Assembly: GCF_006345805.1 (NCBI RefSeq)
Contig: NC_042997.1
Coordinates: forward strand, 23,436,001 to 23,500,000
Direction: 5' to 3'
From: Octopus sinensis
Taxonomy: Eukaryota
Length of the DNA: 64,000 bases
This document shows, piece after piece, positions 1 to 12,728 of the stretch (position 1 is its first letter; each line of letters begins with the position of its first letter). A model generated the notes under the pieces. The model did no database searches and was not told where the DNA came from. It saw only the letters and a program-made list of their open reading frames with translations. The position numbers and the translations under genes are program-made.

Positions 1-313
1 TTGGATAAGTATCTTTTACTATAGCCTCAGGCTGACCAAAGCCTTGAGAGTAGAATTGGTAGACGGAAACTGAAAGAAGCCCGTTGTATATATATATGTT
101 TATGTATATATTTGTCTCCCCTGACATTGCTTGACAACTGATGCTGGTATGTTTATGTCCCTATAACTTAGCAGTTTGGCACAAGAGACTGATAGAATAA
201 GTACTTGGCTTACAAAGAATCAGTCCTGGGACTGATTTCTTCAACTAAAACTCTTTAAAAGGTAGTGCTCCAGCATGGCCACAGTCAAATGACTGAAACA
301 AGTGAAAGAATAT
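1..313 (+). mobile_element. SINE family B (tRNA-derived, cephalopod-type), 5' end cut by the window edge
   Basis: Shares the blocks GGTAGACGGAAACTGAAAGAAGCCCG...(TA/TG)n...GATAGAATAAGTAC...CAGCATGGCCACAGTCAAATGACTGAAACAAG with copies at 11911-12728, 23199-23620 and 59071-59995. Confidence 0.85.
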
Positions 314-549
314 AATCATTGTCATTGATGATTATATGCATAAACTTTACAATGCACACGTGGGTGGGATGAAATTCACTTAGGTAGACGTCCTTCCTTA
401 TCACTTATTTTGAAGTAAGGTAACATTTCTCCCTAGTCCTCTAAACACAATCAGATATTTCTAGGAAAATTACAAATGAATGGCACCGTTTGTATGATAG
501 TGATGTTTATTTACAACTAGCATGTGATGTTAAGACAAGGAGTCAAGAG

Positions 550-700
550 CACACACATCATGCATATATACACCAGGCTTCTCTCAGTTTCCATCTTTCA
601 AATACACTCACAAGGCTTTGTTTTACTCAAGGCAAGAGTAAAAGGCATTTGTCCAAGGTGTCATGCCATGGGATTGAACTCAAAACCACATGGTTGGAAA
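550..700 (-). mobile_element. SINE family B, 5' fragment
   Basis: Reverse complement of the family B head (CAGTTTCC...CACTCACAAGGCTTTG...AACCACATGGTTGG). Confidence 0.7.
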
Positions 701-898
701 GTTAATTTGTATCAGTTTGCTTGAGCATAGGACCAAATCAGGTACACCAGTATCTATCAAGTAAATTATCCAAAATTGTGAAGCTTGACATAATTATACC
801 AAAGTTGGTTTGGCCTTAAAAACATAAAAAGTATTCCATCAAACCTTATTTGGTATAATTTTAAAATATTTCACCTTTTGTATTTATTTCAGTTTTAA

Positions 899-1106
899 CC
901 CTTTCGTTACTGTATCTATTTTGAGATGCTGTGTTTCTTTCAATTACTTTAAATATAACAAAGAATTTAGTAAAATAACTTAGTTATCATTCAGCTAGTG
1001 TTAGGAATATAAATTGTAACTAAGGTTTGGTGGAAGATTTTCATTCAAAACTTATGAAAACAAGATATTTGTACTCAGAGCCAGAGCCGGGTTGGTATCA
1101 AATGGG
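899..1106. mobile_element. piggyBac-like MITE (TTAA target)
   Basis: TTAA at 895-898 is followed by CCCTTTCGTTAC. The right end GTATCAAATGGG is an imperfect inverted copy, and the right TTAA has decayed to TCTA. Confidence 0.55.
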
Positions 1107-4100
1107 TCTATTAGCATTTTCAAAAAGACGAGCAAGAGGATATCAAAACAAAGCAAGAAAGAAACAAAAACGTTTGTAACTAGCAGCTTCCTTTAAAGCT
1201 AGGAACATAGCAGCAGTTTCCCTTTTAGAGGGTTTTTTTGCGGGTAGGGGATGCTAACAGAACACTAATAGAAAATCTTGGGAGGGTCATTTTGCCAATA
1301 AACCTCGTGCACTGGTTAGATTTTACTTATGTCTATCAGTTTACAACTTACCTAATCAACGAATGATTATGATGATGATGATGATAATAAAATGAAGCAA
1401 AACGTAATTAGTGAGTTTCTTTTTTTATTGACAAAACGAACCTCAATATTGCAAAACAAATACCAAAAAAATGTATATAAATATGTAATTAGAGGTATTA
1501 GAAGAATAGAGTTGCTACGAACCCATTAATGAAAATGCTGATCCACAATTTCTTAAAAAAAAAAAAAACTGATTCTAACCAGCACATAAAAACTGATAGC
1601 ATAATTTAGAAATTCTGACATTTGAAATGTAAGATTACACCCTTGCCACCAATCTCCCTTTATCTAAATCAGTAGTTCTCTTACCTGGTTAAGCCCCTCG
1701 GTTTCCCATTTCCCGTATAAAATCATAGATTAGATTTACTGAAGAGGATATCTATAAAAGCGCGTGTGCACACACCACAATAAAGGAAAAGACAGAAATT
1801 GTTGCACTACTAATGGCAAATAAGGAAAAACAGTATATTCCTAAATTTGTTGATATATTGATATTGATATAAAATTTAGGGATTATTTCCCTTATTATAC
1901 CCTATCGATTTTATTCACGAGGCTTGATCTAGTTATATTTTAATACACACAACTCTACATATATAGTAAAACAAGAATATTATGCAATCATTTATTATTA
2001 TAAATCATTGTATTATTAGATACAAATTTCAAGTAATCCTGTATTCTTCAGGTACATTCTTTTCAGAATCCCAGTAGTTACACGGACAAGTGAAAGAGCC
2101 CCCAAAACATTTCACTACAATTTTCTGTGAATGGCATGGAAGCAATAAATTTTGCCATTGCGAAATGTTCCTTGTTAGTTTATCAACACGTACTTTTTAC
2201 ATGGTGACTATTCAGATAAATTTTCTAATTTTTTAGTGATTTTATTTAAAGGTGAAATTATATATAAGCCTTTTATTGCGTTATCGTTCATTCAATATCT
2301 TATTCTCAAAATTATTCCGATGTTATAGGATTTCCTCATCTAACTGAAACACTTTTCTCTAAAATAGAAATTAGTTCAATCGATTATAAATGATCCGTAT
2401 TACATCTTAAAATCAACCACGTAACACTATTTACTAAAAACTTATATATATATACGCCACAGAACCTCCCAAAATTAGAAACGAATATCTAAGCATTATC
2501 TAAACCTAATTACCTATGAAGAAGAAAAAAACAACATACAAACAAAACCAAAGTGATCCCCACAAACTATAAATCCACAAGCACTTTCCACTTCACAAGA
2601 ATGAAGGACAACTCGGAGTAGCGAGACAAAGATATATATATGTGTGTAGGCGCATATCTGTATATGTGTGGTGAAAACGGTAAAAACGGGACACAGAAAC
2701 TGTCAAACTACAGAAAAAACAAGCTATCTGGATATTTTTTTTTAATGTGTATTCAATTGAAGTAATGATATTAGCAAAATTATATTATTTTCTAACACAG
2801 AAATGAATGGAAAAAGATGTAAATAAATCAAAAAGAAAAATACGTCTTATCGAGTTTCTTATTGTATCATTTTATGTCACGGGACAGTTTATACATGTCG
2901 AACAAATTACAAGCAGAATATCAAAATCATTGCCAAACGATCCACTGTTACTGACGAATTTAATCGATACGAAAAAAAGGATTTCGTCTCCCGCAAAAAA
3001 AAAAAAGGCAGACTTTCTTAGGGAGCGATGAATCATTTTTAAAATAAAGGAATAATAATCTCGTCGTTTTTACAATTTTCACGGTCATTCGGAACAACTT
3101 GATTGAATTCATCAGAGGAGAGTAAAACGAAACTAGATGGTAATATGACAACGTGTCCATTTTAGCGAAACATTGCTGTAAACTATACATAGTGGTCACG
3201 CCTGTTGAAGAACAAATTCCTGTTAATGCATTATCCAATATTGTTGAAACTAGTGGTGGGGGTTTTCACTTTATAAAGAGATGCCTTTTAAACAGAACTA
3301 TGCTAACAACATTGAACGAATGTCTAAATACAGGAGCAGGCACAGACGGACACACGGACACACCAATAAATAATGTTATATATACAGTGTGTTTATGTTT
3401 TTACGATACACGCTTGATGTAGTGGAATTGATTCCATATATTTTTTGTGTATTTATAGAATACCAACAGAATATTTATTACAAGTAACACCGAAGAAGTA
3501 GCTCTGAGTTGAAAAAGAACTTCAAATATGGTTTTTAAAAACATTAGTTAAGACACGAGAAATATTTTAAGTTTCGCTGAAATTGAAATTAAAAGAGAGA
3601 GAGAGAGCACTGCGTTAATTGTTGCAACATTCGTTTATATAATAATATCCAATGTGGGAAAACTGAATAAAAAAATATGCCATTGCTGGTTTTTCCTTAT
3701 TCAGTTAATTTAATACAAAATGAGTTTAGCAACAATAAGGATTATTTGTATAGAGCATCAAATATCGATTTCTTTCCAAGGCATATAAAACCTTTCATTT
3801 GTAGGCAAGTGTCGCCCGATTTCGACCCCCAACACATTGCAATGAGTAATTAATTTCAGTGATACTAGTTTTGCAGACCCCAGGAGGGGGGAAAGCAAGC
3901 AGGCCAAGCTGTTGAAATTTAAATGTAGAATTAAAATATGAATATTGTATTTTGGGGGCTTATCTACAAGGAATATATATATAATAAGCATACATTAAAA
4001 TGAGCAAGTTTTAAGCTAAATTTATCGTCTATTTAATTTATTAGTGGGTGTAAGTATATAAAAAGGTTACAGATGAATAATGTTAAATAAAATTTTTAAA

Positions 4101-4122
4101 AAACCAATACAATTATATTTAC

Positions 4123-4633
4123 CTGGATGTTTAGGACATGAATTTTCCAGTTTTGATTCAGCACCTGAAGTACTGTTTACGTGCTTAGATGTCATATCGA
4201 CAATAACATGGTATTTATCGTGTTCGGATTCACAAACATTGCAGAGAGGATAGGAACATTGTTCACACCATCGAACAGCTGGGTTCTTAGTGCATGAACA
4301 AACCACTTCAGTAACGTCTTTGAGATTATCAGAAGTTTCAGGCTGATGATTTCGTTGAGCAGCATATCTGTCTAAAAGGCTTGTAATAAGATGATTACTA
4401 GAAAACGATTGGGCCCATTTTCCAGGGTCAGGATCTATTGGTTCAGGGGGTTTGCAACATGAACGGCAAATTGGACATGTTAAATGACCTGTTTGCCGAA
4501 CACAATCCTCCTTGTTCATTATATATTGGTGTAAACAATCTTGGCAAAAAGTATGTAGACATGGAAGCGCTTTTGGATTAGTAAATAGTTCAAAACACAT
4601 AGAACACGTTAAGTCTTGTTCTAATCCTGCCAT
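4123..4633 (-). CDS. TRIM-family E3 ligase, first coding exon (C3HC4 RING, B-box 1, start of B-box 2)
   Basis: MAGLEQDLTCSMC...LPCLHTFCQDC...TCPIC is a RING. WCEQCSYPLCNVCESEH is B-box 1, and CPKHPG starts B-box 2. ATG at 4633 has a strong context (aaaATGG). A phase-1 donor CCAG|GTAAAT lies at 4123/4122. The 32 extra N-terminal residues in the ORF track start at GTG and are probably not coding. Later exons were not found. Confidence 0.9.
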
Positions 4634-5054
4634 TTTCGAGGAAAATTCTAATTTGGAGCCTAGCTGACGACCAGCCTCGTTCTGATGAAGCTGCACCGAC
4701 TTTACTTTCCTCTGGCCAATCAGTGTCACTCCCTTTATAGAGAGAGACGCGTTTACGGTGGCCTCTACTCGCTATAAATACACGCTTGATTAATTTGATT
4801 GTCACATGGCAATTGTATCTTTTTTTTTTTTGTCTTTTAAGTAAAAAAAAAAGTAAACATATCTTATGACAAAAAGTTTAACGCTATAGAAAAAAGAACG
4901 TATTCAGTGCGAGCTGAGTCTTAAACCTAATTTCGATTTTTGCTGATGTAATTTCATTTTTATTTATCATGTGTTGCTTATTTCCTTGTATGAACGTCGT
5001 GTTATCTCATGTTTACTCTTCTATAACTCTGAAGTCTGGTGCATATGAGAGAGA

Positions 5055-5086
<32 letters not shown>

Positions 5087-5308
5087 ATGTGCAACAGTGC
5101 TCGGAACTGGATGTTTTGTATCTAGTTTAGTAGTTCGTACCGCTCTGCTCTACGTTCAAATCCTGCTATGCTCACTAATCTTTAGTAGTCTTTGTGCGCA
5201 ACATAATATGTAGAATTAGTAATTTCTATATTAATTTCAAGTTGTTTTACACATATTACACTATTTTTTGTTTGTTTTGGTGCCCGGGTCAGCCCCTCAG
5301 ACGCTTTC

Positions 5309-5332
5309 GGAAATTCCCGATGTGAATTTTCC
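5309..5332. promoter_or_regulatory. Candidate NF-kB/Rel site pair upstream of the TRIM gene
   Basis: GGAAATTCCC at 5309-5318 (reverse GGGAATTTCC, a canonical kB decamer) and GTGAATTTTCC at 5322-5332, in a CpG-rich patch ~680 bp upstream of the ATG. Confidence 0.35.
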
Positions 5333-6307
5333 GAGGCCTCTCCATCACTCCCCTTTCGCGTGCGCGCATTTTTTTTTTTTTCATATTCGTTCAGAGGAAG
5401 TTGTTTTACACCTATTACACACATTTTTTTTTGTTTTTTTGAATGGTGTAACGCTTTAGTTTAACCATTTCAACAAGTAACCTTTTGCGCGTAAATTAAT
5501 TTCTTGTACTCTGGTTGAAATACGAGTATGTGCGCAGACTTTAACTCAAACCTTCGACGTTGGAGTTTTAGTATAACTATTTCTCGAAGTCCCCCCATAC
5601 CTTAAAGAAGATGAAAAGGGTAGTTTTTTTTTGTTGTTTTTTTTTTCATTTCGTTTATAATATTACTGTGGACGGAGGTCTCAAATGTGCACTCCATCTC
5701 TTTATCGAACGTTATACATTCATACATACATATCTACCTACCTTCCTACATACCAACTATATGCATGATAATGCATACATAAAGCAAAACATACAAATCT
5801 GCATACATACATACATACATACATACATACAAACAAAAATACTCTGTTGTTAATGTTGAAATCCCTATGACGGAGCCTTGGATCTAGGTTAGAAACCGGC
5901 TCTTTCTCTATTGGTAAGAAATCTTGATATAAAACTAAACAATGGCACGCACACACACACACACACACACACACATTCGAATTCCGATGATTTCTACAAC
6001 AGAACACTTTTGTCCTTCCGATTTCCGTACATTTTCCTATTGGGTATGGCATTGAGAGAGGGTCGACTATTCAAAGATATCCGCCCTTTTGTCAGTATAA
6101 CAGAATACGTTAATAAACTAATACCCTCTTCCAGTCAACAAATGAAACTTCTACATGGTCACTCGACCTGCTAGAAATAACTGCCAAATCCTCCTCATAA
6201 GATAATGTTAAATAGATGGGATGGTAATTGTTGAAATATCTTAGATCTGCTTGTTCAATGGTAACCAGGGACCCAACAGCAGCAACAAGTGACACCTGCA
6301 CACTGGA

Positions 6308-6312
<5 letters not shown>

Positions 6313-6380
<68 letters not shown>
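6313..6380. repeat. (CT)n microsatellite
   Basis: Long uninterrupted CT dinucleotide run. Confidence 0.95.
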
Positions 6381-6382
<2 letters not shown>

Positions 6383-7054
6383 AAACGTACATACACACAA
6401 ATGATTCTGTGTCGAATCTGAAAAATAGATCCTATGACAAAGCTGTTACTCTTGTGATTGCATTTTTACTTTCTAATTGAAATGTAACAGTTTTAAGCCA
6501 ACAAAGAATATCTTCTAGAATCTTTCTATCTGCTAGGAATAGCAACAAAATCCTCCTAAAAGGATACCCTACTATCTCAGAAAAGAACATAATCAATGAT
6601 ATGATTTTCTGTGCACAGTTTCTGGGGAAACAATGAAATACTCATGGCTGGACATCTTTGATCAGGATTGACTGGGGCTAGACAACTACTACAGCTTTTA
6701 TTCAGTAAATCTGCTCATTTCATGGTATTCACCTCAGTCAAAATTTGAAACCAGAGCTCTTGGTCCGTTGGCACCTTTGACCACGGCTCATGGACTTCAA
6801 CCTTCAACATGATTTTTTTGTACTGTTTATTGCATGGAAACAAAATTTTAAGTCACTTCTTCAGGTGGATATGGCATTATTTCTTGCAAATACCCTGAAA
6901 TTGCCTACTCTGACATTCCATTACCAACATTATCATTATTCATCGACTATTAGTCCACAATTATTTTTCAAAACCATGGCAACTTCTAATTTTGTTCAGA
7001 TCACTAAGGCAGAATTCAGTCATATCCCGGAATTGGGTATCATTTGCCCATCTG

Positions 7055-7600
7055 ATCATCATCATTTCATCATTGTTCGACCGTGGTCGAGACAATGGAA
7101 TTTACCATGCTACGCCATACTTCACGGTCCATCATGGCATTACGGAGGTCCTGTTGCTGGATGCCTGTATCCCTGGAGATTACATCAGGGTAGGAGAGTG
7201 TGCGCCCTCTGGTATTGCGAGTAGATGGCTTCCAGAGTAGAAGAGTAGAAATTACTTCTTTTTCAGCTCTACAACAATGTCCAGCAAACTGGACTCTCCT
7301 ACCTTTCACAAGAGATGACACAGGTGGTAGTTTCCCATATATTTGCATTTTGGTTGGATGGCGCTTCCACGAGAGATTTTGAGCTCTCATAAGGAGGCGA
7401 GTGTAGGTTCCATCCTACCGCCTCTCAAGCTTCTTTGATAACGTCCAGGTTTCTGAGCCATATAGTAGAATTGGTTCGACTGTGGCTTTGAATATTTCAA
7501 GTTTGAAGTCTCTACTTAGATTTTATGACCAGATCTTATGCATGTCATTACAGGCTGACCAGGCCATACCCTTTCTAGTTAGAAAGTCTTTTCCAGATGA
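7055..7600 (-). mobile_element. 5'-truncated RTE-group (RTE-X-like) LINE 3' end
   Basis: Translates to KGMAWSAC...IFKATVEPILLYGSETW...GTYTRLLMRA...RRVQFAGHC...LLLWKP...AMMDREVWR, followed by a (TGA)n-type tail at ~7055-7075. There is an in-frame stop. Confidence 0.8.
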
Positions 7601-8299
7601 TAGCAACTGGTTGTTTCCCTTTTCAATGGCCCCTGAAAAAAAATAAAAAACAGCCTATGACTGATGAGCTTGTGACAACTATTGAATTCTTAAGATCTGT
7701 TCTAAATCCTGTAAGTACCCTTACCCTAATCATAGGACTTCTCTTCCTCTTTGGGGTGCTAAAATATTCTCTAAAGTTGATCATGTGTTTGCTTACAACC
7801 AGATACCTACTGAGCTGGATGAAAGTCATAAAACTGTAAACCATGAACTATTTTGCCCTCTTTGATTTTGTTTGAATGCCATTATCAATGTTCCAGTGCT
7901 TCAGTGATACTGTAACTTGTAGCTTACCATTTGTTTATACCTATATTGCAGATCTGTTGGTCTCCAGCATATTGTGATGAACATAAAAAAAATCTCCATT
8001 TCCTTTTTAATTGACTTTCTCAACATTATGTCATTAATAACCTCAGTAAATAAATATCTTTTGGAGGCTACTTCTTTATCTTTCCTGAGACATTTCATGA
8101 GTGTACATAAAATTCACTCACTTGACAATACAGTTACATCTATCTTGGATTTTCTGCTTCTTTGAGAAAATTAAAGAAACAAATTCTCACACTTGTTGAT
8201 ACACAATTTACTGCTTTTCTTAAAATAAACATTTTCTTAACTGAATCTTCTTGATCAGTTTATCTCAACTCTGATGCACCACTCTGTTAGTGGTAATGA

Positions 8300-9230
8300 T
8301 GGCTTTCTTTGGCAATGAGTGAACAGCCTTTAGCAACTACTTTCCTCTCAAAACATCTCAAGCCAAATGAAATAAAATGCAGTGCTTCTGTGAGAAAACT
8401 ATTAGCATTATCTCAAAGTTAAATATTTCTTACACATGTTAAAAGCTTCTGTCTTCTGCCTCCACACTGATCACTAGCCTCTCACTTATACCTTCAAAGC
8501 TTGATCTTCACACACATTGAGAACTATGCTGCCTTAAGTATATATTGCAATATGACTAGTATTCATCACATTCCGGTTTCAAACAATTCTACAGTGGATG
8601 CACTTTCTTGTATCCATCTTAATGCACTGCACACTTCTGTATCCAGTAATATGCAGCAGCTTTCTACTGATCAAAAAGGGAAATGAAAAATTCTTCAACT
8701 TCAAAATTACTCTTCTTTGAAATTTCAGCTTGTTCCTCTACTTTCTTATCTGGAATATATTTGGTGCGATGTTTCTACTGGTCATCAATGCTGTTACATA
8801 CTACTGAATCAGACATATTTTATATTTCTCCTCTACACAATTTACTGAATCCTGGTGCCAGTTTCATCCGGAAGGTGATATTGGCCCATTTTATTGGATT
8901 GGTATCAACAAGGACATCTAGGACAACCCAGGATTTGGCTCACATGCCAGAAAGCCTAGACTCGTCACCATGAAAAACCTTTTTAGGCACCTTCTCCATA
9001 CCTGATACATGTTTTCAGCATGTGAACATCAACACGATGGGACAATTTCCTTTCTCACAGAATTGCAAACCAACCATTAACCTGAATTGATCTATTCTCA
9101 TAGTGACTTTCAGAGACTACAGCAGAATCTATTGCTTAGATTTTCATTCAACATTGGACATTGCATTTTGGCATGCCTGTTACAATCAGCACAGAAGAGA
9201 GAAATCAGTTTGAATCTCACCTTTTTATTG
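8300..9230 (+). mobile_element. Decayed Gypsy/Ty3 pol remnant (RNase H and integrase)
   Basis: Frameshifted motifs in pol order: HLKPNEIKCS..RKLLA..KYFLHML..HTDH.PLTY (RNase H), HHIPVSNNSTVDALS, LHNLLNPG...CQKA (integrase Zn finger), FQHVNI..GQFPFSQ, TAESIA.IFI.HW..HFGMPVTIS....QFESHLF (integrase core). Confidence 0.75.
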
Positions 9231-9439
9231 CATTGATATCACTCTTAAGTGTTGAAATGTCTCTTAATGTTGTAGGTGAGCATATACTGCTCCACATGAC
9301 TGAATGATTCTACCAACAATTGAAGCCTGTTATCAAAGCCTGCAACAATAATAACTGCCTGGAGAACCTTCTTTTCATTCTTCTTGCAGTTCTCTAATAT
9401 AATAGAGGAATTTAAAATGGGTTCTTCATAAGGACCCCT

Positions 9440-9915
9440 GTATGCTGACGACAGAGTACTTATATACAGGACTGTGGAAGGTTTAGAGAAGTTCCTGATG
9501 TGCAAACAAAACCTAGAATTGAGAGGCCATGGAGTAAGCTTAGAGAAGACTAAAATTTTAGAAAGAAGGAAAGAAGACAGGAATTTGCTACTCTGAAGGA
9601 AGTGGCTGCAATCAATATACAGAAAAGGAGTAGATAGAAATTCCATACAATGTATTCAATGTGATATATACATGCACAAAAGGTGTTGTGGAATGACAAG
9701 CAGTCTGACAGTGAATAGAGTCTTTGCATGTAGCAAATGCACAGAGGTGGGTAGCTGTCAGAGCACCTTCCAGTGCTTTGAAATGGTTGATAGCTTTTGT
9801 TACCTAGAAGATCTAATCAAGTGGAGAAGAGCGCCTTGAAAATATACTAGCCAGAATAAGAGCAAGGTGGGGAAAGTTTAGAGAGTTATCATCTCTGTTG
9901 ACACTGGAAGATTCT
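9440..9915 (+). mobile_element. Degenerate RTE LINE fragment
   Basis: LYADD-like (CTGTATGCTGACGAC), KTK, W/IH..C and IR..W.KFREL segments, co-linear with the RTE copies at 24585-28290 and 40375-41720. Confidence 0.65.
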
Positions 9916-10264
9916 TCCAGTGTCAACAGAGATAAATACGTATTCGACCAAGCGACATCGAATACATATTTAATTATTAGTACTCTCAAATTTACAATTG
10001 AAATAATACACTGAAGAAGGAAATAAGTGAGTAAAAATTAAAATTTTACATCTCTTTAATCCAGAAACGCATATGTGGTTGATCAAAGCTGGGTGGATTT
10101 GTTATTTTTTCTCTTTACCTATGTAAATTAAGAGTGTTGCTGTCTGGGAGATATCTTATGGTAGAGGAATAGTATTTAACTGCTATTTCTAAATTTCGGT
10201 ATGTGGTGAAGCAATTTGCTGAACCCTAATTATGCTTATAATTATAGAATTTTTGTATATATAT

Positions 10265-11022
10265 AAAGTTAATCCAAACCTGAAAACACAAAGAGAAAAC
10301 ACAACAACACGAGGACGTGGAACAAATAACAAATATAGTGTTATTGGATGCTCAGGAAGGAAGGGAAGAAGGAGGGTTTAACGTTTCGAGCGGAGCTCTT
10401 CGTCAGAAACATAGGAAAAGGAAAGATCCAGAGAAGGGAAGACAGAGGAAAAAAATCGCCAACAGTACACACACGGTCACATTTTGAATATGTATATATA
10501 TATATGTATGTATTGTTACCTTGCCTCTCTCTCCCTCCCTTTCCCCTTTTGTCTTCTCTTCTCCCTTTCTTCCCCATTCTCCTTGTTTCTTCCTTCTTCC
10601 TCCTTCTTTCTCTCCTTGTTTTTATTTTTTTCTTCTCCTCCCACTTCTTGTATTTTTTTCTCCTCATGCCATCTGCATTTTTCTCTCCTATTTGACCCCT
10701 CTGTCCGGCATTTGATTTCTGTGTTCCTTTCTGTCGAAGAGCGTAGGCTCGAAACATAAAAGACTTTCTCACTTCCCGAGTGTTAAACTAATACATCTGT
10801 TTGTTGTTTACACATCCGTCTTTGTCTTTTGTTTTTTTGTAAATTCTCACAAGATATATATATATATCTGGTTAATCCAAACAAGAAAACACAAAAAAAA
10901 AAAAACACAGCAATGCGAGGACGTGAAACAAATAAAGTATTATTGGATGCTCAGGAAAGAAGGGAAGAAGGAGGGTTTAATGTTTTGAGCGGAGCTCTTC
11001 GTCGGAAACATAGGAGAAGGAA

Positions 11023-11030
<8 letters not shown>
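10265..11030. mobile_element. Cluster of Penelope-like terminal-repeat fragments carrying hammerhead motifs
   Basis: Two direct copies (10265-10500 and 10868-11025, minus sense) flank an oppositely oriented related copy (10530-10860). Each contains CTG/CCG..GA-A-GAGC..GCTC-GAAAC or a decayed version of it. Confidence 0.6.
10376..10410 (-). ncRNA. Minimal type I hammerhead ribozyme motif
   Basis: The minus strand reads GTTT-CTGACGA-A-GAGC(TCC)GCTC-GAA-ACGT-T-AAAC. Stem I is GTTT/AAAC, stem II is GAGC/GCTC, and stem III is the palindrome ACGT. Confidence 0.6.
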
Positions 11031-11093
<63 letters not shown>

Positions 11094-11910
11094 AATAATT
11101 AAGATTCAATTGAATTAGGTACCTGAGCTAAGGCATCAAGCCAGTCTGGTATTATCTGCACAACTTGAAGTAAGGTGAATAAAATCAAAATAAGTAACAG
11201 GATGTCAAGTATTAGTGCAATATGACCATTTCAAGAGGCTTCATTTAATTGAACAATGCAAGCATTACATCAATTTAAATACAGTGCCATCTTCAGTTGC
11301 AAGAAATATGGATTTTCAACAGATGGGATAATTTAATATAATTTTTCTCAAATGTTTTATCAGAGCAAGAAGATGAAAGAATTTCATGTTGCCACTATTG
11401 CAGCAAGAATAAGCTAAGAGAAGAACAGCTACAATTTTGGAGTGGCATGGAACACAGTGGAGGCCATAGAATTGTAATTCATTTCTAATTTTTTTATCTA
11501 TCTTCTTATCATCAACAAAAGATCTAAGGCTAGAAGACTGTGTTTATTGAGAATAAAGAGCATTGTGAGTTGATAGCTCAGAGCTGGCTGCTGGTCATAA
11601 ATAGATATTACTAGATGTTTCCCCTGTTCCTTAATTTCTTACTGTCATAAGTACCCCTCACCACAAAAAGAAACAAACTCTTTAGGAATCAATTAGATAG
11701 TAGTAAATGCCCATAAAGTGGTTGAGTAGGGGTGACATTAACTCTTGTCATTATATTCAGTTAAAGGGGTGTACACTATGAAACTTAGGATATTATAATG
11801 AGATCTAGGAAAACACTAAGGGCCCAGATGGAAAAAGTTTATAATCAAGGTATAGTAAAAAGTATATATATATATATTATATATATATATATATTATATA
11901 TATATATATA

Positions 11911-12728
11911 CTCTTTTACTCTTTTACTTGTTTCAGTCATTTGACTGCGGCCATGCTGGAGCACCGCCTTTTAATCGAGCAACTCGACCCCGGGACTTAT
12001 TCTTTTGTAAGCCCAGTACTTATTCTATCGGTCTCTTTTGCCGAACCGCTAAGTAACGGGGACATAAACACACCAGCATCGGTTGTCAGGCGATGTTGGA
12101 TGGGACAAACACAGACACACAAACATACACGCACACATATATATATATACATATATGCATATATACGACGGGCTTCTTTCAGTTTCCGTCTACCAAATCC
12201 ACTCACAAGGCTTTGGTCGGCCCGGGGCTATAGTAGAAGACACTTGCCCAAGGTGCCACGCAGTGGGACTGAACCCGGAACCATGTGGTTGGTAGACAAG
12301 CTACTTACCACACAGCCACTCCTGCGCCTTATATATATATTTTTTTTCTTTTACTTGTTTCAGTCATTTGACTGTGGCCATGCTGGAGCACCGCCTTTAG
12401 TCAAGCAAATCGACCCCAGGACTTATTCTTTGTAAGCCTAGTACTTATTCTATCGGTCTCTTTTGCCGAACCGCTAAGTTACAGGGACATAAACACACCA
12501 GCATCGGTTGTCAAGCGATGTTGGGAGGACAAACATAGACACACAAACATATACACACACACACACATACATATATTTATACATATATACGATGGGCTTC
12601 TTTCAGTTTCCGTCTACCAAATCCACTATTGTAAACGACACTTGCCCAAGGTGGCATGCAGTGAGACTGAATCTCAAACCATGTGGTTGGGAAGAAGCAA
12701 GCTTCTTACCACACAGCCACACCTGCGT
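11911..12728 (-). mobile_element. Two head-to-tail full-length family B SINEs (11911-12329 and 12345-12728)
   Basis: Each has the head GGCGCAGG(A)GTGGCTGTGTGGTAAG, an internal (TA/TG)n and the tail GACTGAAACAAGTAAAAG on the minus strand. Confidence 0.85.

Noticed and set aside
2040-3420. Candidate second TRIM exon (ORFs 2960-3238 and 3153-3422, and 2040-2170)
   Set aside because: No phase-1 acceptor gives an open frame that completes B-box 2.
4634-4729. 32-residue N-terminal extension of the TRIM ORF
   Set aside because: It starts at GTG in the ORF track. The ATG at 4633 has a strong Kozak context and sits just before the RING.
5865-5905. Hammerhead-like motif in the RLE-LINE 3' UTR (also 29960-30012)
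   Set aside because: A hairpin and GAAACCGG are present, but the CUGA box and cleavage-site pairing are missing in both copies.
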